Shown piece by piece: positions 16,830 to 26,116 of a DNA stretch of 34,422 nucleotides (position 1 is the first letter of the stretch; each line of letters starts with the position of its first letter). The stretch is taken from positions 1 to 34,422 of the forward strand of contig JAJZDH010000003.1 of NCBI GenBank assembly GCA_021828665.1, read 5' to 3'. The DNA comes from Thermoplasmata archaeon. Its GTDB lineage: Archaea > Thermoplasmatota > Thermoplasmata > Lutacidiplasmatales > UBA184. The notes below the pieces were generated by a model, which saw only the letters and a program-made list of their open reading frames with translations, did no database searches and was not told the DNA's origin. The position numbers and the translations under genes were made by a program.

Positions 16830-17960
16830 CTACGGTGGCGGGGCCGGTCCCGCTCCGGCTCCGTCGGACAACGGGGCGCCGCACCGGCCGCAGTAGCGGA
16901 ACAGTTCGGGGAGTCCGGTCTCCCCGCACCGGCCGCAGGACCGGAGCGGGGCGCCGTGGAGGAAGTCGGCCTCCCCGCCCCGCGCGAGAGCGCGTCGCAA
17001 CTCGGCGACCCGGGCCGGTCGCTTGTCGACGAAGGCGTGCATCCCATCGAACGGTTCGGCGGTGGCGAAGTGGAGGGCGAGCCATTCCTGGGCATGCCCG
17101 ACCGTCTGGTTCCAGGCGAACTCCTTCCAGAAGTTGGCCTGCGCCTTCGTGTACCGGAGGCACTCCGGATACATCCCGAGCAGTCTCTGGGCGAGGGCAT
17201 CGACCGCCTCGTCGAGCCGCCCCAGGTCGATCCGGTACCCCCGCTCCTCCTTCTGCGCCCAGCCGATCTCCTCGGCCGTCGGCGCCGCCACCCACTCTCC
17301 GTTGCACACCACCGAGGGGACCACGGAGTTGACGAGCCCCCACTCCGCGGCCCGGGCGGCCGGGACCCGTTCGTTCGTCATCAGCATCGAGCGCGCCCTC
17401 CGGTCCCCGACGGCGAGCGGCAGCCACTGGGTCGCCCCGCCCGCGGCGACCGAACCGACCCCCACGCCGACCTGCCCGAGGTAGATGTGCGCGGCGGCGA
17501 TGGAGAGGTCGCAGGCGAGGTGGAGCTCGTTGCCCCCGCCGACGGCGATCCCGTTGAGGCGGGCGATCACCGGCTTGCCGCAGCGCAGGATGGACTCGAC
17601 CGCCTCGCGGAAGACGGCCATGTACTTCCAGTAGTCGTGGGGACGCTCGAGGAAGCGGCTCGCGTACTCCTTCACATCCCCACCGGTGCAGAACGCCCGG
17701 GAGCCCGCGCCCGTGAGGACGATCACCCCGATCCGATCGTCGCGAGAGGCGTTCCCCATCGCCCGGGTGAGTTCCCGGAGGGTGGCGGTGCTGTAGGCGT
17801 TGTGCGCCTCCAGTCGTTGGAGCGTGATCCGGACCACCGATTCGGACCGCTCGTACCGGAGGTCGAGGTATCCCCCGGATTCGTCCGCCACCGGGGAGAT
17901 CGGGTCGGGGCGGGCGGAGCCCAGGGCGGCGGAGCCGTTCGCGCGCGCCCGGACCGACAC
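16830..17960 (-). CDS. oah: 6-oxocyclohex-1-ene-1-carbonyl-CoA hydrolase (Oah/BamA/BzdY-like crotonase) with a C-terminal CxxC-x12-CxxC extension
   Basis: NAYST, AFCTGGDVKEYA, KPVIARLNGIAVGGGNEL, GSVAAGGATQWLP, IDLGRLDEAV, YPECLRYTK, AWNQ..WLALH. Start is GTG 17960 or GTG 17891. Confidence 0.8.
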   Translation of the reverse strand: MSVRARANGSAALGSARPDPISPVADESGGYLDLRYERSESVVRITLQRLEAHNAYSTATLRELTRAMGNASRDDRIGVIVLTGAGSRAFCTGGDVKEYASRFLERPHDYWKYMAVFREAVESILRCGKPVIARLNGIAVGGGNELHLACDLSIAAAHIYLGQVGVGVGSVAAGGATQWLPLAVGDRRARSMLMTNERVPAARAAEWGLVNSVVPSVVCNGEWVAAPTAEEIGWAQKEERGYRIDLGRLDEAVDALAQRLLGMYPECLRYTKAQANFWKEFAWNQTVGHAQEWLALHFATAEPFDGMHAFVDKRPARVAELRRALARGGEADFLHGAPLRSCGRCGETGLPELFRYCGRCGAPLSDGAGAGPAPPP

Positions 17961-18541
17961 CGCTTCCGCCCCGGGAGGCCATCGGGTCCGGTTCGGAAAA
18001 TCGTTCGCCCTGACCGGTGCGGGACCGGCGGGCCGGGCGATCGCCCCGGTCGGTGCGGCCGCTCCCGGCCCCCGAGGGATTCCGGCGGCCCCGCGGGCGT
18101 CGGCTCGCCGCCTCTTCCGACGGCTCCGCGCTCCGCCACCGGTCGCCCGCGGAGCCCGCGGCGCGCGGAGCGGTCGGTCGGATGCCTTCTCGCTCCGGGC
18201 GATCGCCCCCTCCTCGGGCCCTCGCCGACCGTACCGGTACGGGAAGGCGCGAGGATCCCCTCCGCGGGCGCCTCGTCCCCCGATCGCCCGTGGCGGTCGT
18301 CGGGCCCCCCATCGCCCCCCCCCGCGGGCCCCCGGACCGTCGGAGCACCACGGAACGGAACGATCCGGAGCGCCTCCCCCGGGCGTCGCCATCGTCCCCC
18401 CTCCCCTTGACGGACGTCGGCCGGGCCGGCACGCCGAACCCAAGGTCCGCCGTCCGAAGGGACCCCCCGTGGCCGGGGTTCGGGGTCGGGCGGAGGAACG
18501 GCGGCTTGGGCCGGCAAGCTCCAAGTACTCGGAGGGCGGAG

Positions 18542-19438
18542 ATGGCGGCACCGATGGAGCCCCTCCCGCCGCGGCCGCTCGCATCGTCGGTGCCGGGGCC
18601 GCGGGAACTGCTCGAGATCGCCCGGAAGGCCGCCCGGGCCGGCGGTCGTCGGACTCTCGAATATTTCGGGGGGCGGCTCCCGGCGGAGACGAAGTCCGAC
18701 GGCTCCCCGGTGACCCGGGCGGACCGGGCGTCGGAGGCGGCGATCCGGGCCGTCCTCCGGCGGGAGCGTCCCCACGACGGCGTCACCGGCGAGGAAGGAG
18801 GGGTGCGGCCGGGACGCTCCCCGGTCCACTGGATCGTGGACCCGATCGACGGGACGAAGTCGTTCGTCCACGGGGTGCCGCTGTACTCCGTGCTCGTGGC
18901 GGCGGAGGTGGACGGGGAGCCCACCGTGGGCGTCATCCACATGCCCGCCCTCGGCGAGACGGTCGCGGCGGCCCGGGGCCTCGGATGCCGCTGGAACGGC
19001 CGGGCCGCTCACGTGTCGCGAACGGAGCGGCTCTCCGAGGCGACCGTCCTCACCACCTCGGTCCGGGGGTTGGAGGCCCGGGGGGTGCCGTTTCGACGCC
19101 TCGCCCACCGCTCGCGGTGGCAGCGGGGGTGGGGCGACGGCTACGGGTACGCGCTCGTCGCCACCGGACGGGCCGATGCGATGATCGATTCCGCGGTCCA
19201 GATCTGGGACGCGGCGCCGCTCCTTCCCATCCTCGCGGAGGCCGGCGGACGGTTTTCCGATTGGACCGGGCGGGCCTCGATCCGGGGCCCGGACGCCGTG
19301 GGGACGAACGGGCTCCTCCACGAAGAGATGCTCCGCCTGCTCGGGCGCGAGCGCCTTCCCCCGTCGGGGCGGACCCGGGCCCACCCCGCTCCGGGCGGCC
19401 CGCGCCGGCGGGGCCGGACCGATCGGCCTCCCCGGTGA
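18542..19438 (+). CDS. hisN: Histidinol-phosphate phosphatase, inositol monophosphatase family
   Basis: ETKSDGSPVTRADRASE, GEEGG, WIVDPIDGTKSFVHGVPLY, RGWGDGYGYALVATGRAD, WDAAP. It lies next to a his operon whose HisB lacks a phosphatase domain. Alternative ATG at 18554. Confidence 0.85.
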   Translation: MAAPMEPLPPRPLASSVPGPRELLEIARKAARAGGRRTLEYFGGRLPAETKSDGSPVTRADRASEAAIRAVLRRERPHDGVTGEEGGVRPGRSPVHWIVDPIDGTKSFVHGVPLYSVLVAAEVDGEPTVGVIHMPALGETVAAARGLGCRWNGRAAHVSRTERLSEATVLTTSVRGLEARGVPFRRLAHRSRWQRGWGDGYGYALVATGRADAMIDSAVQIWDAAPLLPILAEAGGRFSDWTGRASIRGPDAVGTNGLLHEEMLRLLGRERLPPSGRTRAHPAPGGPRRRGRTDRPPR

Positions 19439-19510
19439 GGAGGCCCCCGGCCGCTTCCCGTCGTCCCGGTCCCGGTCTCCCCGGCGGGGTCGCCGGCCGG
19501 AGTTCGGATT

Positions 19511-20218
19511 CTAGGCGCCCGGCGCCGTCGATCCGCCGGCCGGATCCGGCGGGGCGGAGCCTCCTCCGGGGGCGGCCGGATCCCCGGTGGCGGGCCGCCG
19601 CCGACGGAGTTCCCGAAGGACCTCGTCGAAGGAGACCCCGCGGGCCTCCAGGAGGACCAGCGTGTGGAAGAGGAGGTCGGCGGCTTCCCACGCGATGGGA
19701 GCCCGGTCCGAACCCTCGGCTGCCAGGATGAGCTCGATCGCCTCCTCCCCCACCTTCCGGCGCAGCCGCGCCGGATCCCGGAGCAGTCCGGCCACATAGG
19801 ATCCGTCGGGGGCCCGCCGGGCCCGGTCCGCGACCACCGCTCGGAGCTCCTCGAGGATCGCATACGGGGGTTCGGGGCCGGGAAAGCAGCTTCCGGCCCC
19901 GGTGTGGCAGGCCGGCCCGAGCGGAAGCACCCGGGCGAGCAGCGCGTCCCGGTCGCAGTCCCATTGGAGGTCGACGACCCGCTGCACGTTCCCGGAACTC
20001 TCCCCCTTGTGCCAGAGCGCCCGCCGCGACCGCGACCAGAAGTGCATCTCCCCGGTCTCCCGGGTCCGCTCCAGGCTCTCGTCCGAGGCGTACGCGAGCA
20101 TGAGGACCTGGCCGGTCTCTGCATGCTGGACCACGACCGGAACGAGGCGCGGTCCCGTCCCCCCGGCCCCGCCCGGGGCGGCCCGGTCGGATCCGCCATC
20201 GGCCGGCTCCTCCGTCAT
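19511..20218 (-). CDS. hisIE: Bifunctional phosphoribosyl-AMP cyclohydrolase / phosphoribosyl-ATP diphosphatase
   Basis: [49 protein letters not shown], then [19 protein letters not shown]. Confidence 0.93.
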   Translation of the reverse strand: MTEEPADGGSDRAAPGGAGGTGPRLVPVVVQHAETGQVLMLAYASDESLERTRETGEMHFWSRSRRALWHKGESSGNVQRVVDLQWDCDRDALLARVLPLGPACHTGAGSCFPGPEPPYAILEELRAVVADRARRAPDGSYVAGLLRDPARLRRKVGEEAIELILAAEGSDRAPIAWEAADLLFHTLVLLEARGVSFDEVLRELRRRRPATGDPAAPGGGSAPPDPAGGSTAPGA

Positions 20219-20985
20219 CCGGCCTCCTCCGAGCGCACCGGGAGGCGGTGCGCCCGCAGGTAGGACTTGATCGAGGGAATCGAGACGGCGCCGTCGTGGA
20301 GCCGGGAGGCGAGCAACGCCGCGTCGGCCAGTCCCTCCCCGAAGAGCCGTCCCATGTCCTCGAACGCCCCGAACCCTCCCGACGCGATCAGGGGCCGCTC
20401 GAGCACCCCCCGCAGCGCCCGGTAGAGGGCCCGGTCGTACCCCGCCTGCGTTCCGTCGGCGTCGATGCTCGTCACCAGGAACTCGCCGGCGCCGGCCGTC
20501 TGCCCCGCCGCGGCCCAGGCCACCACCGAGGTTCCGGTCCGCTCGCGCCCGCCGCGGAGCGCCACCTCCCACCCGTCGGCCGTCCGCGCGGCGTCGATGG
20601 CGAGGACGGCGCACTGCGTCCCGTACTGGGCCGCCGTCTCGGTGAGGAGCCCGGGGCGGCGGAACGCGGCCGTGTTCATCGCCACCTTGTCGGCGCCGTG
20701 GCCGAGGAGGTCGCCGACCTCCTGGAGGCTCCGCACGCCGCCGCCCACCGTCAGCGGGACGGAGAGCGCTCCGGCCACGTCCCGGACCACGCCGAGGTCC
20801 GGCCCCCGTCCCCGAACGGAGGCCTCGATGTCCAGGAGCACGAGCTCATCGGCCCCCTCGGCCTCGTACCGGACGGCGGCCGCGACGGGATCGCCCGCGT
20901 CCCGGAGATCCTCGAACCGGACCCCCTTGACGACCCGTCCGTCCCGGAGGTCGAGGCAGGGGATGATCCGGAGCGCGACCATCAC
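20215..20985 (-). CDS. hisF: Imidazole glycerol phosphate synthase, cyclase subunit
   Basis: [51 protein letters not shown]. Start is GTG 20985 or ATG 20982. Confidence 0.96.
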   Translation of the reverse strand: MMVALRIIPCLDLRDGRVVKGVRFEDLRDAGDPVAAAVRYEAEGADELVLLDIEASVRGRGPDLGVVRDVAGALSVPLTVGGGVRSLQEVGDLLGHGADKVAMNTAAFRRPGLLTETAAQYGTQCAVLAIDAARTADGWEVALRGGRERTGTSVVAWAAAGQTAGAGEFLVTSIDADGTQAGYDRALYRALRGVLERPLIASGGFGAFEDMGRLFGEGLADAALLASRLHDGAVSIPSIKSYLRAHRLPVRSEEAG

Positions 20986-21542
20986 CGGAGCTCCTCCCAG
21001 GCGACCTGGCCCTTCGTGGAGAGTTCCCGGGCCGCCGGCGCGGTCGCCCGGTCGAAGGCGAGGCCGAACGCCTTGAAGGTGGCCTCGAGGAGGTGGTGCG
21101 CCTCGCCCGGCCGGATCGTCCTCTGGTGGAGGGAGAACGGGGCTTCGAGGACCAGCGACCGGAGGAGGTGTTCCCCGAGGTTGTCGGCCGGGAGGTCGGC
21201 GCGGTAGTACGGCCGATCGACCAGGTCGAGGACGACCTGGACGAGCACCTCGTCCATCGGCACCGTCGCCTCGCCGAACCGGGCGATCCCGCGCTCGGGA
21301 ATCGCCCGGCGCAGCGCCCGGCCCAGCGCGAGGGCGCTGTCCTCGGCCACGTGGTGGGGATCGTCGCCGCGGGTGCGGAGCCGGATATCGGTGCCCGAGT
21401 ACCGGGCGAAGGCCCCCAGCAGGTGGACCAGGAAGCCGTCCGGGTGCTCCCAGTCGAGCCGTCCCCGGGCGTGGAGCCGGACCGAGACCTCGACCCGGGT
21501 CTCCCGCGTCGTGCGCCGGAGCCGTGCCGCCGGGCCGGTCAT
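20982..21542 (-). CDS. hisB: Imidazoleglycerol-phosphate dehydratase (monofunctional)
   Basis: RTTRET, HHVAED, VPMDE, HHLLEATFKAFG, STKG. Confidence 0.93.
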   Translation of the reverse strand: MTGPAARLRRTTRETRVEVSVRLHARGRLDWEHPDGFLVHLLGAFARYSGTDIRLRTRGDDPHHVAEDSALALGRALRRAIPERGIARFGEATVPMDEVLVQVVLDLVDRPYYRADLPADNLGEHLLRSLVLEAPFSLHQRTIRPGEAHHLLEATFKAFGLAFDRATAPAARELSTKGQVAWEELR

Positions 21543-22246
21543 CGGACCGCCTCCCGGAGCCGATCCGGGCCCGGTCCCTCGCGGTAGAGGGCGAGGCCGA
21601 CCACCGCCGCGTCGAACCCGGCCGCGGCGAGGGTCCGGAGATCCTCCGGCCCGGCGACCCCCCCCGCCGCGATCCGCTCGTGCCGGCAGCGGGCCACCAT
21701 CTCTCCCAGCGGATCGCCGACGCCCTCCATCCGGCCCTCGGCGACGGTATTCGTGAAGAGGACCCCTCCCAGGGGCAGGTCGTTCGCGGTCCTCACGATC
21801 TCCCCGAGCGGCACGGCCAGGGACTCGGTCCGGCCCGCGAGGAGCGCCCGCCGGTCCCGGTGGTCGATCCCGAGGAGGATCCGTCCGGGGTGGCGCCGGG
21901 CCATCGCGACGAGCCACGGGGGATCCCGGAGGGCGCGCGTGGAGACGATGGCCCGGGAAGCCCCGGCCGCGAGGAGCTCGCCGATCCGATCCGTATCCCG
22001 GAGACCACCGCCCACCTGGACCGGCACCTCCACGCTGCGGAGGATGCGGAGGAGGAGCTCCCGGTTGTCCCCCCGGCCCAGGGCCGCGTTGAGGTCCACC
22101 ACCTGGAGCCGCCGCGCGCCCCGGTCCGCCCACGCCCGGGCGGTGGCGACCGCATCCTCGGCCACGGTCGTGAGCTGTTCCGGCGGACCGCCCCGCAGGA
22201 ACCCCACCCGGCCATCCCAGAGGTCGAGGGAAGGGATCACGATCAT
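21539..22246 (-). CDS. hisA: ProFAR isomerase
   Basis: MIVIPSLDL, VVDLNAA, VQVGGGLR, LGID, FTN..EG, AAGGV, VGLALY. Confidence 0.92.
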   Translation of the reverse strand: MIVIPSLDLWDGRVGFLRGGPPEQLTTVAEDAVATARAWADRGARRLQVVDLNAALGRGDNRELLLRILRSVEVPVQVGGGLRDTDRIGELLAAGASRAIVSTRALRDPPWLVAMARRHPGRILLGIDHRDRRALLAGRTESLAVPLGEIVRTANDLPLGGVLFTNTVAEGRMEGVGDPLGEMVARCRHERIAAGGVAGPEDLRTLAAAGFDAAVVGLALYREGPGPDRLREAVR

Positions 22247-22860
22247 CCGGCTACCCCCTCCGCCCACTCGAGGAAGGCGGCCAGGAAGGCGGCCCCCGCC
22301 CGTCCGCTCCGCTCCGGGTGGAACTGCACCCCGACCACGGATCCGGCGCGGACGACCGCGGCGAACTCGATCCCATGGAAGGAGGTCGCCACCGTCCCCG
22401 CCGTTCCGGCGGGCAGGGCGTAGGAATGGGCGTAGTACATCTCGGGATCGACCGTCGGCCCGCCGAGCCCGAGCAGCATGGGATCGGGGGTCCGCCGGAG
22501 CGGCGACCAGCCCATGTGCGGCAGGAGCGGTCCGGGGAGACGGACCACCTCGCCGCGGAGGAGCCCCAGACCCTGCCCCGGTCCCTCCTCGCTCGCCCCC
22601 GCCAGGACCTGGAGGCCGGCGCAGATCCCCAGGAGCGGCGTTCCCGCGCGCACCCGCCGCACGAGCTCGGCCCGGAGCGGCTCCACCCCCCGCGCGATCG
22701 CCGGGAAGGAGGCGACCCCGGGGAGGACGAGGATCCCGGCCCCGGCGATCGCCTCCGGGTCCCGGGAGATCCTCGGCGGGCGTCCCAGCCGTTCGAACGA
22801 CCGGGCCAGGCTGAAGAGATTGCCGGTCCCGGTGTCGACGATGAGGATCGGCCCCTTCAT
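22243..22860 (-). CDS. hisH: Imidazole glycerol phosphate synthase, glutaminase subunit
   Basis: GNLFS, LPGV, LGICAGLQ, PHMGW, YYAHSY, QFHPERSG. Confidence 0.95.
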   Translation of the reverse strand: MKGPILIVDTGTGNLFSLARSFERLGRPPRISRDPEAIAGAGILVLPGVASFPAIARGVEPLRAELVRRVRAGTPLLGICAGLQVLAGASEEGPGQGLGLLRGEVVRLPGPLLPHMGWSPLRRTPDPMLLGLGGPTVDPEMYYAHSYALPAGTAGTVATSFHGIEFAAVVRAGSVVGVQFHPERSGRAGAAFLAAFLEWAEGVAG

Positions 22861-23861
22861 GCGCCCACCTCCGCGAGCGCCCCGAGGCAGCGGGCGATCT
22901 GCTCCGGGGAGCCGACGGTGATGCGGAGGCAGCCGCCGGCGGCGCCGCCGGGATAGTCGATCCGGCGCACCCAGATCCCCCGCCGTCCGAGCTCCCGGTG
23001 GATCCGGACGGCCTCCGGCGACGGACCGATCAGGAGGAAGTTCGCCTGCGAGGGCCACACCTTCCAGCCGAGACCGGCGAGGCCCCGGGCCAGCGTCCGC
23101 CGGCCCGCCCGCGCCCGGGCCACCGTCCGGGTCACGAAGCGGTCGTCGGCGAGGGCGGAGAGGGCCGCCCGGATCGAGAAGGAGGAGACGGAGAACGGCG
23201 GCCGGGCCGCCCGCAGCCGCTGGACGATCTCCGGGGCCCCGACGGCATACCCGACCCGGATCCCGGGCAATCCGTAGGCCTTCGAGAAGGTGCGGACGAC
23301 GACGACATTCGGCTGGGCGCGGGCGAGCGGCAGGAGGTCCTGCCCGGCGAACTGGTGGTAGGCCTCGTCCAGGACCACCGGACGCGGGGAGGAGGCCGCG
23401 AGCGCCCGGTAGGCCGCGGCCGGATAGGCGGTGCCGGTCGGATTGTTCGGGCTCGCGAGCAGATAGACGGAGGCATCGGCCCGCCGCAGCGCCGCCCGGG
23501 GGAGCTCCTTCGCCTCCGGCACCGGAACGGTCGCCCCGCCGTGGGCGGCGAGGAATCGGGCGTACATCGCAAAGGTCGGGTTTAGGGTGGCCGCCCGGCC
23601 CCCGTACGGGACCAGCGTGCGGACCGCAAGCCCGAGGATCTCGTCCGAACCGTGGCCGACGACGATCCATTCGGCCGGGACCCCGAGCTTCCGGGCCAGG
23701 GCCTCGACCAGCTCGGTCGCCTCCGGGTCCGGATAGGCGGCCAGGTCCGGGGGCGAGCTGCCCTCCCACGCCCGCCGGAGCGCCTCGAGATTGAGCTCGG
23801 GCACGGTGTTGAGGTCCAGCCGGTCCACGGCGTTCGTCCCGTCGGCCTCCCCCGGCCTCAT
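22857..23861 (-). CDS. hisC: Histidinol-phosphate aminotransferase
   Basis: YPDP, GSDE, PTFAMY, SPNNPTG, DEAY, RTFSKAYGLPGIRVG (PLP Lys), SQANF, LRITVG. Confidence 0.94.
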   Translation of the reverse strand: MRPGEADGTNAVDRLDLNTVPELNLEALRRAWEGSSPPDLAAYPDPEATELVEALARKLGVPAEWIVVGHGSDEILGLAVRTLVPYGGRAATLNPTFAMYARFLAAHGGATVPVPEAKELPRAALRRADASVYLLASPNNPTGTAYPAAAYRALAASSPRPVVLDEAYHQFAGQDLLPLARAQPNVVVVRTFSKAYGLPGIRVGYAVGAPEIVQRLRAARPPFSVSSFSIRAALSALADDRFVTRTVARARAGRRTLARGLAGLGWKVWPSQANFLLIGPSPEAVRIHRELGRRGIWVRRIDYPGGAAGGCLRITVGSPEQIARCLGALAEVGA

Positions 23862-25177
23862 AGGGCGCTCCGTGGGGGAGCCACCGAACGGATCGCGATG
23901 GCGGCGGCATGGGCCCCGAACCCCTCGGCGGTTGCGATCCGGAGCGCCGGGCGGGCGAGGGACGAAAGATCCCCGCGGGCGATCTCGAGGTAGCTCACCG
24001 GCTTCTGGAAGTCCCGGACCCCCAGCGCTCCGTACGCCACCGCCGCCCCGGCCGTCGGGAGGATGTGGTTGGTGCCGGCGCCGTAATCCCCGAACGGGAC
24101 GGCGCTGAACGGCCCGAGGAAGACGCATCCCGCATTCTGCACCCGGCGGAGGAGCGCCCGGGGCCGGCGGACCCCGAGGACGAGGTGCTCGGGGGCCAGC
24201 TCGTTGGCGAGCTCGATCCCCTGCGCCCGGGAGAGGTTCCGGACCATCCAGCCGTGCCGGCGGAGGGAACGGAGGATCGGGACCCGCCGATCGGCCCCGG
24301 CCACCGCCGCCCCGAGCGCCTGCGCGACTTCCGCCGCGGGCCGGTCGTCGAGGAGGATGAGGCCGGCGGCGGAGTCCTCCCCGTGCTCGGCTTGCGCCAC
24401 GAGCTCGGCGGCCACGAACCGGGTCGGAAAGCGGGCGTCCGCCAGCACCACCACCTCGCTCGGGCCGGCGGGGGCATCGGTGCCGACGCGATCGGCGACC
24501 TGCCGCTTCGCCTCCGTGACGTAGGCGTTCCCCGGCCCCACGATCCGATCGACGGCCCGGACCGAGGCGGTGCCGTACGCGAGCGCGCCCACCGCCTGCG
24601 CGCCGCCGGCCACCAGAAGCTCGGTGGCCCCGGCGAGGTGGGCCGCCGCAAGGACGGCATCGGAGGGAAGACCGCCCCCCCGCGCGGCCGGGGAGGCGAT
24701 CACGATCTCCGGGACCCCGGCGATCCGGGCCGGCAGGACCCCCATGAGCACGGTGGAGGGATAGCCGCGGGGTCCACCGGGCACGTAGACCCCCACCCGA
24801 CGGAGAGGGCGGAGCACCTGCCCGGCCCGCGAGCCGGAGGCGCCGATCCGGATCTCGTAGGATCGGCCACGCTGCGGGGCATGGAACCGGGCGATCCGGT
24901 CGCGGGCCGCGATCAGCGCGGCCCGGAGCGGTTCCGGGATCCGACGGGCGGCGGCGGCGAAGGCGCGCGGCCCGAGGAGGAGACGGTCCGGGGCCCGCCC
25001 CTCGAACCGGCGGGCGTAGTCGGCCAGCGCCTCGTCCCCGCGCCGTTCGACGCCGGCCAAGATCTCCGCGACCCGTCGGGCGGCTTCCCGGCGGGACGGA
25101 CGGAACGCCCGGAGCTCCCGGGCGATCTCGGGAATCTCCCGGTCCCGGCCGTCCACCTCCCGGATCCACGCCCTCAC
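23858..25177 (-). CDS. hisD: Histidinol dehydrogenase
   Basis: VGVYVPGG..YPSTVLM, GGAQAVGALAYG, GPGNAYVTEAK, PAGPSE, QAEH, APEHL, GDYGAGTNHILPT. Confidence 0.96.
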   Translation of the reverse strand: MRAWIREVDGRDREIPEIARELRAFRPSRREAARRVAEILAGVERRGDEALADYARRFEGRAPDRLLLGPRAFAAAARRIPEPLRAALIAARDRIARFHAPQRGRSYEIRIGASGSRAGQVLRPLRRVGVYVPGGPRGYPSTVLMGVLPARIAGVPEIVIASPAARGGGLPSDAVLAAAHLAGATELLVAGGAQAVGALAYGTASVRAVDRIVGPGNAYVTEAKRQVADRVGTDAPAGPSEVVVLADARFPTRFVAAELVAQAEHGEDSAAGLILLDDRPAAEVAQALGAAVAGADRRVPILRSLRRHGWMVRNLSRAQGIELANELAPEHLVLGVRRPRALLRRVQNAGCVFLGPFSAVPFGDYGAGTNHILPTAGAAVAYGALGVRDFQKPVSYLEIARGDLSSLARPALRIATAEGFGAHAAAIAIRSVAPPRSAL

Positions 25178-26040
25178 GGGATCACCCGCTGCAGCGGAAG
25201 GACCATGATGGCCCGGGCCCCCGCCCGCCGGAGCCGGCCGAGGAGGCGGTCGAGACCCTCCTCGGGGATCACGGCCTGGAGGGCGACCTCCGGCCCGCCG
25301 CCCACGAGCTCGGCGACGGTGGGTGCGTCCGAGGGATGGAGCCAGCCCGAGATCTCCGAGATCCGGTCCCGGGGGATCCGGGCCACGAGGCAGCGGCGGC
25401 CCTCCGCCGCGACCACGCTCCGGAGCGCGATCTCGATCTCCCGCAGCCGTTCCGTCCCGGCCCCCGGACGCGAACTCCCGGCCGGGCCGATGAGGACCGC
25501 CTGGGATTCGAGGATGGACCCCAACAGCTTGAGCTCGTTGTCCCGCAGGGTGCGGCCGGTCTCCACGAGATCCGCGATGAACTCCGCCGCCCCGATCCGG
25601 GGCGCCACTTCCACGGCGCCCCGGGTGGGAACGATCTCGATCTGGCGACCCAGGCTCCGGAAGTACTGGCGGACCAGGCGGGGGTAGGAGGTGGCCACCC
25701 GCGCCCCGGGAGGGATCTCCTCGGGCCGGTCCACGACGTGCCCGGAGGCGGCCGCCAACGAGAGGCGGCAATAGCCGAACGGGAGCGCCATCCGTTCCCG
25801 CACGCGCGCATCGCCCTCCCGGACGATGTCGCGCCCGGTGATCCCGAGGTCCACGGAGCCCCGGGCAACATACTCGGGGATGTCCCAGGGACTGGCGTAG
25901 TGGATCTCGTACCGTTCGGGGGAGCGGTGGTCGCTCAGCCGCCGCCCGTCGGCGTCGGGGGGCGGAAAGCCCCCCACGGCCCGGAGGAGCCGGTCGGCCG
26001 GCTCGGCGAGCCGCCCCTTGTTCGGGATCGCGAGCCGTAC
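25174..26040 (-). CDS. hisG: ATP phosphoribosyltransferase, long form with C-terminal regulatory domain; start codon unresolved
   Basis: DIPEYV..G..DLGITGRD, VATSYP, GAVEVAP, IADLVETGRTL, PTVAEL, GARAI. The conserved N-terminus VRLAIPNKGRL lies at 26040-26008, in frame but upstream of the first canonical start (GTG 25977). Confidence 0.93.
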   Translation of the reverse strand, partial: VRLAIPNKGRLAEPADRLLRAVGGFPPPDADGRRLSDHRSPERYEIHYASPWDIPEYVARGSVDLGITGRDIVREGDARVRERMALPFGYCRLSLAAASGHVVDRPEEIPPGARVATSYPRLVRQYFRSLGRQIEIVPTRGAVEVAPRIGAAEFIADLVETGRTLRDNELKLLGSILESQAVLIGPAGSSRPGAGTERLREIEIALRSVVAAEGRRCLVARIPRDRISEISGWLHPSDAPTVAELVGGGPEVALQAVIPEEGLDRLLGRLRRAGARAIMVLPLQRVIP

Positions 26041-26116
26041 CGGCCCGGACCGCCGCCCGCGCGGAGTTCGGGTGGATCGGGGGGGGACGCGGCGGACCGT
26101 CGCGGGACCGGTCGCT

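Noticed and set aside
16830-17960. MenB (naphthoate synthase) or BadI
   Set aside because: Length, the internal insertion before IDLGRLD, the YPEC..AWN..WLAL segment and the gene context point to Oah. No men genes are nearby.
18035-18290. GCGATCGC as a cyanobacterial HIP1-like genome repeat
   Set aside because: GATC-containing words are common here because of codon usage, and enrichment cannot be shown without counting.
11050-18942. Apparent giant fusion proteins (1107, 555, 818 and 1137 aa) in the ORF track
   Set aside because: Only their C-terminal parts are protein-like. True starts overlap or closely follow upstream stops or have SD sites, so the N-terminal extensions are artefacts.
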